A stretch of 64,000 nucleotides of DNA from Pristiophorus japonicus (lineage: Eukaryota). Each line of letters starts with the position of its first letter. Position 1 is the first letter of the stretch. The notes under the pieces are model-generated. The model saw only the letters and a program-made list of their open reading frames with translations, did no database searches and was not told the DNA's origin. The translations under genes and the position numbers were made by a program. Below are positions 36,954 through 47,304 of the stretch, in pieces. The stretch covers positions 146,444,001 through 146,508,000 of the forward strand of contig NC_091984.1 in NCBI RefSeq assembly GCF_044704955.1. Direction: 5' to 3'.

Positions 36954-37002
36954 CTGCGATGCAGAATGCCAGAGGCCAGATCAGCTGGATGGGTGAAATC
37001 AT
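36954..37002 (-). CDS. IGKV: Ig light chain leader exon (MISPIQLIWPLAFCIA-G)
   Basis: ATG at 37002, 49 nt, donor G|GTACC, phase 1 matching the V exon; hydrophobic signal peptide. Confidence 0.93.
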
Positions 37003-37059
37003 GATGTCTGCTCCTGTCCCTGTGCCTGCTTACTGATAAACTGCCCTTCACTGGGCCCT

Positions 37060-37160
37060 GCTTTATAAACCTGCAGCCTGTGAGAGTCTCACTGCCCATC
37101 CCTCAGTATGTAAATGTCTTCACCCAGAGAAAGCCACGTCAGCACATTTCACTTCCTCTT
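37060..37160 (-). promoter_or_regulatory. IgL V promoter: TATA, variant octamer, TGACGTGG, Ets-IRF composite element
   Basis: TTTATAAA 37062-37069; ATTTACAT 37108-37115; TGACGTGG 37134-37141; GGAAGTGAAA 37147-37156. Confidence 0.78.
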
Positions 37161-37760
37161 CTTCTCTCCCTCCCTCTTCACCTCCCTCTCCCTTCCTCTC
37201 TCTCTCCATCCCTCCCTCTCGCTCTCCATCCCTCCCTCTCTCTCTCCATCCCTCCCTCTTTCTCCCTCTCCCCCACAGACTCCCAGCTGCAGCACACTGA
37301 AATGCAGAGTAAACCTCCCTGTGCCCTACCCCACCAATGGATGTTAACCCTTGACCCCAGAGCATGCCTTCTCCTGGAGTAAGGCCCCATTCCCCACAGT
37401 GGCCATCCCTTGGCCTCTCTCAGTACACTGGCTGTTTATTGCCCAATTAAGGGGCGTTCTGTGCTGTGGGCCTATTCTCAGTGAGAACCGGTTTGGACAG
37501 AAAGTTCATTTCATGAAGGCCCAGCAGAGAGAGGACATCCTCACCCCATCAGTGTGAGCTGGAGCGACAGGACAGGGTCTGAGCCACTGCCCCATCCTGT
37601 CCGCTCAGAACATCTTCGAATCCCTTCCCCTCTCCTTCCCCTTCCATGGCCCCGCTCCAGGTCAGGTGTTTTTACTGGGATCAGGTCCGACGATCCCACA
37701 TTTACAACAGGAAGGGTTCGCACTCCACGTCGACCATGGACTCCATGTCCCACTGGTCCT

Positions 37761-37920
37761 CCAATAGGGCTCAGGAAACATGGCTCCTTCCTATTGGTCC
37801 CCCAACAGGGACCAGGAAACATGGATCCTTCCTATTGGTCCTCCAATAGGGAATAGGAAAGATGGCTCCTTTCTATTAGACATCCAATAGGGCACAGGAA
37901 ACATGGCTCCTTCCTATTGG
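37761..37920. repeat. 41-bp tandem repeat x4 with internal inverted CCAATAGG..CCTATTGG
   Basis: Units start at 37761, 37802, 37843 and 37884. Confidence 0.88.
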
Positions 37921-37959
37921 ATATATACTTGAAAAGGAACAATTTGCTGGGTTATGGGG

Positions 37960-39590
37960 GCGAGGAACTTAACACAATCACAATCACTAAGGAGGTGGTA
38001 CTCAGTAAGATAATGGAACTAAAGGCGAATAAATCCCCTGGATCTGATGGCTTGCATCCCAGGGTCTTATGAGAACACGCGGCAGTCTCAGTGGATGCAT
38101 TGGTTGTAATTTACCAAAATTCCCTGTATTCTTGGGAGGTCCCAGCAGATTGTAAAACTGCAAATGTAACGCCCCTATTTACAAAAGGAGGCAGACAAAA
38201 AGCAGGAATCGATAGACCAATTAACCTAACATCTGTGGTTGGGAAAATGTCGGAGTCCATTATTAAAGAAGCAGTAGCAGGACATTTGGATAAGCATAAT
38301 TCAGTCAGGCAGAGTAAGCATGGAATTATGAAGGGGAAGTCATGTTTGATAAATTTGCAGAATTCTTTAAGGATGCAATGAGCAGGGTGGATAAAGGGGA
38401 ACCAGTGGATGTGGTGTATTTGGACCTCCAGAAGGCATTTGACAAAATGCCACGTAAGAGGTTACTGCACAAGATAAAAATTCACAGGGTTGGGGGTAAT
38501 ATGTTAGCAAGGATAGACGATTGGCTAACTAGCAGAAAACAGAGAGTCTGCAAAAATGGTTCATTTTCGGGTTGGGAATCAGTAACTAGTGGGGTGCCGC
38601 AGGGATCAGTGCGGGGACCCCAACTATTTACAATATATATTAACGACTTGGATGATGGAACCGAATATAATGTAGCCACGTTTTCTGACGATACAAAGAT
38701 GTGAGGAAAAGCAATATGTGAGGAGGACACAAAAAACCTGCAAAAGGACGTAGGCAGGCTAAGTGAGTGGGCAAAAATTTAGCCGATGGTGTATAATGTT
38801 GGAAAGTGTGAGATCATGCACTTTGGCAGAAAAAAACAATCAAAGAGCAAGTTATTATTTAAATGGAGAAAGATTGCAAAGTGCTGTGGTGCAGCGGGTA
38901 CTTGTGCATGAAACACAAAATGTTAGTATGCAGATACAGTAAGTGATCAGGAAGGCCAATGGAATATTGGCCTTTATTGCAAAGGGGACGGAGTATAAAA
39001 GCAGGGAAGTCTTGCTACAGCTATACAGGGTATTGGTGTGGACACACTAATTTTGGATTCCATATTTAAGAAAGGATATACTTGCTTTGGAGGCAGGTCA
39101 GAGAAGGTTCATTAGGTTGATTCAGGAGATGAGGCGGTTGATTTATGAGGAAAGCTTGAGTAGGTTGTGCATCTGCTCATTCGAATTCGGAAGAATGAGA
39201 GGTGATCTTATTGAAACGTATCAGATTTTGAGGGGGCTTGACAAAGTGGATGCAGAGAGGATGTTTCCACTGAGGGGGAGAATTGAACTAGAGGGCACAG
39301 TCTTAGAATAAGTGGCCTCCCATTTAAAACAGATGATGAGGAATTTCTTCTCTCTGAGGGTTGTAAATCTGTGGAATTGGCTGCCTCAGAGATCTGTGGA
39401 AGCTGGGTCGTTGAATAAATTTAAGACAGAGATAGACAGTTTCTTAACCGACATGGGAATAAGGGGTTATGGGGAGCGGGGAGGGATGTGGAGCTGAATC
39501 CATGATCGTATCGGCCATGATCGTATTAAATAGCGGAGCAGGCTCGAGGGGCCATGTGGCCTACTCCTGCTCCTATTTCTTATGTTCTTT
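37960..39590 (+). mobile_element. 5'-truncated CR1
   Basis: Decayed RT motifs through to the TTTCTTATGTTCTT tail. Confidence 0.9.
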
Positions 39591-40050
39591 AACTGGTGAG
39601 GAATGGGACTAATTGGGTAATTCTTTGAAAGAGCCGGCAAAGGCACGATGGGCCGAATGGCCTCCTTCTGTGCTTAAGATTCTAGGCTGTGAGCGCGGTT
39701 CACAGTTTTCTCCCGTGTCATTAACAAACGTACAGCTGTGACAACCTCCCTCTTTCACTTCCTCTGTGGGTGAAGTTTCATTCTTCCGATCTGACAGTCT
39801 CTTCAGTTATTTTTTGCACGGGGGATTTCTGCTGTGGTCTGAGTCTCTAATAATAACCGTCCAATCAGGCAGAATAGCAGCAGCTCGGACCGGCCCTGAC
39901 AGCGGATCCAGGCTCAGTGCTGACCCTGCAACATCCTCCTCACCAACATCTGGGGACTTGTGCCAAAAGTGGGAGAGCTGCCCCACAGACTAGTCAAGCA
40001 CCAGCCTGACATAGCCCTACTCACAGAATCAGACCTTTCAGCCAATGTCC
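39330..40050 (+). repeat. Segmental duplication arm B (inverted copy at 53119-53815)
   Basis: Shared CR1-tail junction, ~330 bp of unique-looking core and a shared LINE-EN junction. Confidence 0.9.
39733..39765 (-). promoter_or_regulatory. Candidate B-cell enhancer: E-box CAGCTG + EICE AGAGGAAGTGAAA
   Basis: Motifs at 39733-39738 and 39753-39762, both retained in the paralog (53431-53436, 53407-53416). Confidence 0.5.
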
Positions 40051-40365
40051 CAGACTCCTCCATCACCCAAGGTGGCAGCTCAGTGGTATACAGTCGGGAG
40101 GGAGTGGCCCTGGGAATCCTCAACATTGACTCCGGACCCCATGAAGTCTCATGGCATCAGGTCAAACACGGGCAATGAAACCTCCTGCTGATTACCACCT
40201 CCCGCCCTCCCTCAGCTGATGAATCAGTACTCCTCCATGTTGAACACCACTTGGAAGAAACACTGAGAGTAGCAAGGGCACAGAATGTACTCTGGGTGGG
40301 GGACTTCACTGTCCATCACCAAGAGTGTCTCGGTAGCACCACTACTGACTGAGCTGGCCGAGAGG
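39925..40365 (+). mobile_element. LINE APE-endonuclease fragment (family distinct from the local CR1s)
   Basis: NIWGL..PDIALLTES..RPPS..WVGDF.VHH. Confidence 0.7.
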
Positions 40366-41029
40366 GGCGATGCTGACATTGCAATCCCAGGTACCGGAGG
40401 ACTGGAGGACTGCAAACATGGTACCTTTGTTTAAAAATGGAGCAAGGGATAGATCGAGTCACTACAGGTCAGTCAGCCTAACCTCGGGGGCGGGATTGGA
40501 GGAATCTTCATTTAACAAGACACGGATTAATCAAGGACAGTCAGCATGGATTTGTTCAGGGAAGGTCGTGTCTGAATAACTTGATTGAATTTTTTGTGGA
40601 GAGTCGATGAGAGCAGTGCGTATGATGCAGTGTATATAGATTTTAAAAAGGCTTTTGAGAAGGTCCCACATGGCAGACTGGTCACAAAAGTAATAGCCCA
40701 TGGGATCCAGGTCAAAGTGACAAGTTGGATTCAAAATTGGTTCAGAGGCAGTTAGCAAAGGGTAATGGTTGATGGGTGTATTTCTTACTGGAAGCCTGTA
40801 TCCAGTGTGGTTCCGCAGGGCTCAGTACTGGGTCCCTTGCTTTTTATTAAATGGCGGAGCAGGCTCGAGGGGCCAAATGACCTACTCCTGCTCCTATTTC
40901 TTATGTTCTTATAATAAATGCCGGCCTTGCCTGCAACGCCCACATTCCATGAATTAATAAAAATCCCATGGGCTGACAGTTCAGGAGAATCGGACACACT
41001 TTCCTCTTTCACCCTCAACCATCATCCCT

Positions 41030-41200
41030 GAAACAGATTATCAGCTCATTATCACATTGCTGTTTGTGGGAGCTTGCAGTGCACAAATGGGTTGCCACGT
41101 TTCCTACATTACAACAGTGACTACACTTCAAAAAGTACTTCATTGGCTGTAAAGTGCTTTGTCATCCTGAGGATGTGAAAGGCGCTATATAAATACAAGT
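41030..41200 (+). mobile_element. Deu SINE 3' fragment
   Basis: Reverse complement of 26580-26735. Confidence 0.7.
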
Positions 41201-41331
41201 CTGTCTCTTTCTTTCTTTCACCCAACCGTAATTTCCAAGGTCAAGGGGGAGCGAGCTGAACTCTCCCTGGTTTTATTTTTCTTCAAAATATCAAATAACT
41301 GGAATGATAAAAGGTCTTTTACCCAGTAGCT

Positions 41332-41760
41332 CATTTAATCCCCTCCCACACACCATGTACACCCCACCCTATGATGGACTCTACCACCCATTTAATCCCC
41401 TCCCACACACCATGTACACCCCACCCTATCATGGATTCTACCACCCATTTAATCCCCTCCCATACACCATGTACACCCCACCCTATCATGGACTCTACCA
41501 CCCATTTAATCTCCTCCCACACACACCATGTACTCCCCACCCTATCATGGACCCTACCACCCATTTAATCCCCTCCCACACACCATGTACTCCCCACCCT
41601 ATCATGGAGCCTACCACCCATTTAATCCCCTCCCACACACCATGTACTCCCCACCCTATCATGGACCCTACCACCCATTTAATCTCCTCCCACACACACC
41701 ATGTACTCCCCACCCTATCATGGACCCTACCACCCATTTAATCTCCTCCCACACATATAT
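41332..41760. repeat. 57-bp minisatellite (resumes at 42502-42588 and 47257-47275)
   Basis: CATTTAATCCCCTCCCACACACCATGTAC.CCCCACCCTATCATGGA periodicity. Confidence 0.92.
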
Positions 41761-41769
41761 GTACACTCT

Positions 41770-42500
41770 CTCTCTTCTTAGGCAGACCCTCGGAGTTGAG
41801 GATGACTTGCTTTCACACTAACATGAGTTCTCAGGTGTTCGGCACCTTCCCGAATGTCTCCTCCACTTTGAGCAGTCTTGGGCCAGGGATTCCCAGGTGT
41901 CGGAGGGGATGTTGCACTTTTTCAAGGAGGCTTTGAGGGTTTCCTTGAAACATTTCCTCTGCCCACTTGGGGCTCGCTTGCCGTGTTGGAGCTCTGAGTA
42001 CAGCGCTTGTTTTAGGAGTCTCATATCGGGCATGCGGACAATGTGGCCCACCCAACGGTGATCGATTGTGGTCAATGCTTCGATGCTGGGGATGTTTGCC
42101 TGAGTGAGAACACTGACGTTGGTGCACCTATATTGCCAATGGATTTGCAGGATTTTGTGGAGACAGCATTGGTGGTACTTCTGCAGCGCTTTGAGATGTC
42201 TGCTGTATATAGTCCACATCTCTGAGCCATATATAAGGGCAGGTATGACTACTGCTCTGTAGGCCATGAGCTTGGTGCCCGGTTTGAGCTCCTGGTCTTC
42301 AAACACTCTCTTCCTCAGGCGATCAAAGACTGCACTGGCACACTGAAGACGATGTTGGACTTCGACTTTGATGTCTGCCCTTGTTGCCAGTAGATTCGCT
42401 AGGTATGGAATATGGTCCACTTTGTCCAAGGCCTTGTCGTGGATTTTAATAATCGAGGGACAGTGCAGTGTGGCGGGGGCAGGTTGGTTGAGAAGCTTTG
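41770..42500 (-). mobile_element. RTE-clade LINE 3' fragment
   Basis: ORF 41818-42429: LIYGSEMWT..RWVGHIVRMPD.. Confidence 0.8.
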
Positions 42501-42588
42501 TCTATCATGGGATCTACCACCCATTTAATCCCCTTCCACACACCATGTACACTCCACCCTATCATGGAATGTACCACCCATTTAATCA

Positions 42589-45500
42589 TCAGCAGCAGTC
42601 GGGAGCAGCGTCGGAGGTGCGTGGAGAGGCCTATAAAAGGCACAGCAGGGAGTCCGGGGCCCAGCCTCGGGAGCAGTGTCGAGGAGGTCCATTGGTGAGG
42701 CCTATAAAAGGCAGAGCAGGGAGTCCGGGGCCCAGCCTCGGGAGCAGCGTCGAGGAGGTCCATTAGTGAGGCCTATAAAAGGCACAGCAGGGAGTCCGGG
42801 GCCCAGCCTCGGGAGCAGTGTCGAGGAGGTCCGTTGGTGAGGCCTATAAAAGGCACAGCAGGGAGTCCGGGGCCCAGCGTCGGGAGCAGTGTCGAGGAGG
42901 TCCGTTGGTGAGGCCTATAAAAGGCACAGCAGGGAGTCTGGGGCCCAGCCTCGGGAGCAGTGTCGAGGAGGTCCGTTGGTGAGGCCTATAAAAGGCACAG
43001 CAGGGAGTCCGGGGCCCAGCCTCGGGAGCAGTGTCGAGGAGGTCCGTTGGTGAGGCCTATAAAAGGCACAGCAGGGAGTCTGGGGCCCAGCCTCGGGAGC
43101 AGTGTCGAGGAGGTCCGTTGGTGAGGCAAAAAAGAAGTAGAAAGAAACAGAAAGGTGACGTCACAGCCAAGGGGGTAAGTGATTGGCTGGTGATTGGCGA
43201 GTACTTTTTATTTTTTCTCTTCTATAACAGTGAGTAACTTTAGCATTGTTGTTGCCTATCTCAGGGTTAAGTCATGGCAGGACAGTTCGGTCACGTGTTA
43301 TGCTCCTCCTGTACCATGTGGGAACTCAGGGACGACTCCAGTGTCCCTGACGACTACATGTGCGGGAAGTGTATCCGCCTCCAGCTCCTGACGGACCGCG
43401 TTGCGGAGTTGGAGCAGAGGGTGGATTCACTCTGGAGCATCCACGATGCTGAGAATGACGTGAGTAGCACATGTAGCGAGTTGGTTGTACCGCAGGTAAA
43501 GGGTCCACAGCCAGCTTGGGAATGGAAGACCAGCAGGAAGAGCAGAGCAAGGAAGGTAGTGCAGGGGTCTCCTGTGGTCATCCCCCTGCAAAACAGATAC
43601 ACTGCTTTGAGTACTGTTGAGGGGGATGACTCATCAGGGGAGGGCAGCAGCAGCCAAGTTCATGGCACCGTGGCTGGCTCTGTTGCACAGGAGGGCAGGA
43701 AAAAGAGTGGGAGAGCGATAGTGATAGGGGATTCAATTGTCAGGGGAATAGATAGGTGTTTCTGCGGCTGCAACCAAGACTCCAGGATGGTACGTTGCCT
43801 CCCTGGTGCAAGGGTCAAGGATGTCTCGGAGCGGGTGCAGGACATTTTAAAAAGGGAGGAAGAACAGCCAGTTGTCGTGGTGCACATTGGTACCAACGAC
43901 ATCGGTAAAAAAATGGATTAGGACCTACGAAACGAATTTAAGGAGCTACGAGCTAAATTAAAAAGTAGGACCTCAAAAGTAGTAATCTTGGGATTGCTAC
44001 CAGTGCCACGTGCTAGTCAGAGTAGGAATCGCAGGATAGCGCAGATGAATACGTGGCTTGAGCAGTGGTGCAGCAGGGAGGGATTCAAATTCCTGGGGCA
44101 TTGGAACCGGTTCTGGGGCAGGTGGGACCAGTACAAACCGGACGGTCTGCATCTGGGCAGGACCGGAACCAATGTCCTAGGGGGAGTGTTTGCTCGTGCT
44201 GTTGGGAAGGAGTTAAACTAATGTAGCAGGGGGATGGGAACCAATGCAGGGATACAGAGGGAAACAAAAAGGAGACAAAAGCAAAAGACAGAAAGGAGAT
44301 GAGGAAAATTGGAGGGCAGAGAAACTCAAGGCAAAGAACAAAAAGGGTCACTGTACAGCAAAATTCTAAAAGGACAAAGGGTGTTAAAAAAACAAGCCTG
44401 AAGGATTTGTGTCTTAATGCAAGGAGTATCCATAATAAGGTGGATGAATTAACTGTGCAAATAGATGTTAACAAATATGATGTGATTGGGATTACAGTGA
44501 CGTGGCTCCAGGATGATCAGGGCTGGGAACTCAACATCCAGGGGTATTCAACATTCAGGAAGGATAGAATAAAAAGAAAAGGAGGTGGGGTAGCATTGCT
44601 GGTTAAAGAGGAAATTAATGCAATCGTTAGGAAGGACATTAGCTTGGATGATGTGGAATCTATATGGGTAGAGCTGCAGAACACCAAAGGGCAAAAAACG
44701 TTAGTGGGAGTTGTGTACAGACCTCCAAACAGTATAGTGATGTTGGGGAGGGCATCAAACAGGAAATTAGAGGTGCATGCAATAAAGGTGCAGCAGTTAT
44801 AATGGGTGACTTTAATATGCACAGAGATTGGGCTAACCAAACTGGAAGCAATACGGTGGAGGAGGATTTCCTGATGTGCATAAGGGATGGTTTTCGAGAC
44901 CAATATGTCAAGGAACCAACGAGGGGGGAGGCCATCTTAGACTGGGTGTTGTGTAATGAGAGAGGAATAATTAGCAATCTCGTTGTGCGAGGCCCCTTGG
45001 GGAAGAGTGACCATAATATGGTGGAATTCTGCATTAGGATGGAGAATGAAACAGTTAATTCAGAGACCATGGTCCAGAACTTAAAGAAGGGTAACTTTGA
45101 AGGTATGAGGCGTGATTAGGCCAGGATAGATTGGCGAATGATACTTAAGGGGTTGACTGTGGATGGGCAATGGCAGACATTTAGAGACCGCATTGATGAA
45201 CTACAACAATTGTACATTCCTGTCTGGCGTAAAAATAAAAAAGGGAAGGTGGCTCAATCGTGGCTATCAAGGGAAATCAGGGATAATATTAAAGCCAAGG
45301 AAGTGGCATACAAATTGGCCAGAAATAGCAGTGAACCCGGGGACTGGGAGAAATTTAGAACTCAGCAGAGGAGGACAAAGGGTTTGATTAGGGCAGGGAA
45401 AATGGAGTACGAGAAGAAGCTTGCAGGGAACATTAAGACGGATTGCAAAAGTTTTTATAGATATGTAAAGAGAAAAAGGTTAGTAAAGACAAACGTAGGT

Positions 45501-47256
45501 CACCTGCAGTCAGAATCAGGGGAAGTCATAACGGGGAACAAAGAAATGGCGGACCAATTGAACAAGTACTTTGGTTCACTATTCACTAAGGAGGATACAA
45601 ACAACCTTCCGGATATAAAAGGGGTCAGAGGGTCTAGTAAGGAGGAGGAACTGAGGGAAATCCTTATTAGGCGGCAAATTGTGTTGGGGAAATTGATGGG
45701 ATTGAAGGCCGATAAATTCCCAGGACCTGATGGACTACATCCCAGAGTACTTAAGGAGGTGGCCTTGGAAATAGCGGATGCATTGACAGTCATGTTCCAA
45801 CATTCCATTGAATCTGGATCAGTTCCTATCGAGTGGAGGGTAGCCAATGTAACCCCACTTTTTAAAAAAGGAGGGAGAGAGAAAACAGGGAATTATAGAC
45901 CGGTCAGCCTGATATCGGTAGTGGGTAAAATGATGGAATCAATTCTTAAGGATGTCATAGCAGTGCATTTGGAAAGAGGTGACGTGATAGGTCCAAGTCA
46001 GCATGGATTTGTGAAAGGGAAATCATGCTTGACAAATCTTCTGGAATTTTTTGAGGATGTTTCCAGTAGAGTGGACAAGGGAGAACCAGTTGATGTGGTG
46101 TATTTGGACTTTCAGAAGGCTTTCGACAAGGTCCCACACAAGAGATTAATGTGCAAAGTTAAAGCACATGGGATTGGGGGTAGTGTGCTGGCATGGATTG
46201 AGAACTGATTGTCAGACAGGAAGCAAAGAATAGGTGTAAGTGTGTACTTTTCACAATGGCAGGCAGTGACTAGTGGGGTACCGCAAGGTTCTGTGCTGGG
46301 GCCCCAGCTGTTTACACTGTACATTAATGATTTAGACCAGGGGATTAAATGTAGTATCTCCAAATTTGCAGATGACACTAAGTTGGGTGGCAGTGTGAGC
46401 TGCGAGGAGGATGCTGTGAGGCTGCAGAGCGAGTTGGATAGGTTAGGTGAGTGGGCAAATGCATGGCAGATGAAGTATAATGTGGATAAATGTGAGGTTA
46501 TCCACTTTGGTGGGAAAAACAGAGAGACAGACTATTATCTGAATGGTGACAGATTAGGAAAAGGGGAGGTGCAACGAGACCTGGGTGTCATGGTACATCA
46601 GTCATTGAAGGTTGGCATGCAGGTACAGCAGGCGGTTAAGAAAGCAAATTACATGTTGGCCTTCATAGCGAGGGGATTTGAGTACAGGGGCAGGGAGTAT
46701 TGTGTACAGTTTTGGTCTCCTAACCTGAGGAAGGACATTCTTGCTATTGAGGGAGTGCAGCGATGGTTCACCAGACTGATTCCCGGGATGGCGGGACTGA
46801 CCTATCAAGAAAGACTGTATCAACCGGGCTTGTATTCACTGGAGTTCAGAAGAATGAGAGGGGACCTCATAGAAACGTTTAAAATTCTGATGGGTTTAGA
46901 CAGGTTAGATGCAGGAAGAATGTTCCCAATGTTGGGGAAGTCCAGAACCAGGGGTCACAGTCTAAGGATAAGGGATAAGCCATTTAGGACCGAGATGAGG
47001 AGAAACTTCTTCACCCAGAGAGTGGTGAACCTGTGGAATTCTCTACCTCAGAAAGTTGTTGAGGCCAATTCACTAAATATATTCAAAAAGAAGTTTAATG
47101 AAGTCCTTACTACTAGGGGGATCACGGGGTATGGCGACAAAGCAGGAATGGGGTACTGAAGTTACATGTTCAGCCATGAACACATTGAATGGCGGTGCAG
47201 GCTTGAAGGGCCGAATGGCCTACTCCTGCACTTATTGTCTATGTTTTCTATGTTTT
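42589..47256 (+). mobile_element. Near full-length CR1 LINE (decayed)
   Basis: 5' monomers, ORF1 43274-44221 (internal stop), ORF2 ~44230-47159 (few lesions), tail; possible TAATC duplication. Confidence 0.95.
42600..43126 (+). repeat. CR1 5'-UTR tandem monomers, 71 bp x ~7.5, each with GGCCTATAAAAGGC
   Basis: CTATA at 42631, 42702, 42773, 42844, 42915, 42986 and 43057. Confidence 0.92.
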
Positions 47257-47304
47257 CTAATCCCCTTCCCACACACGGTGCAGAATCTCTATGATCACGG
47301 ACTC

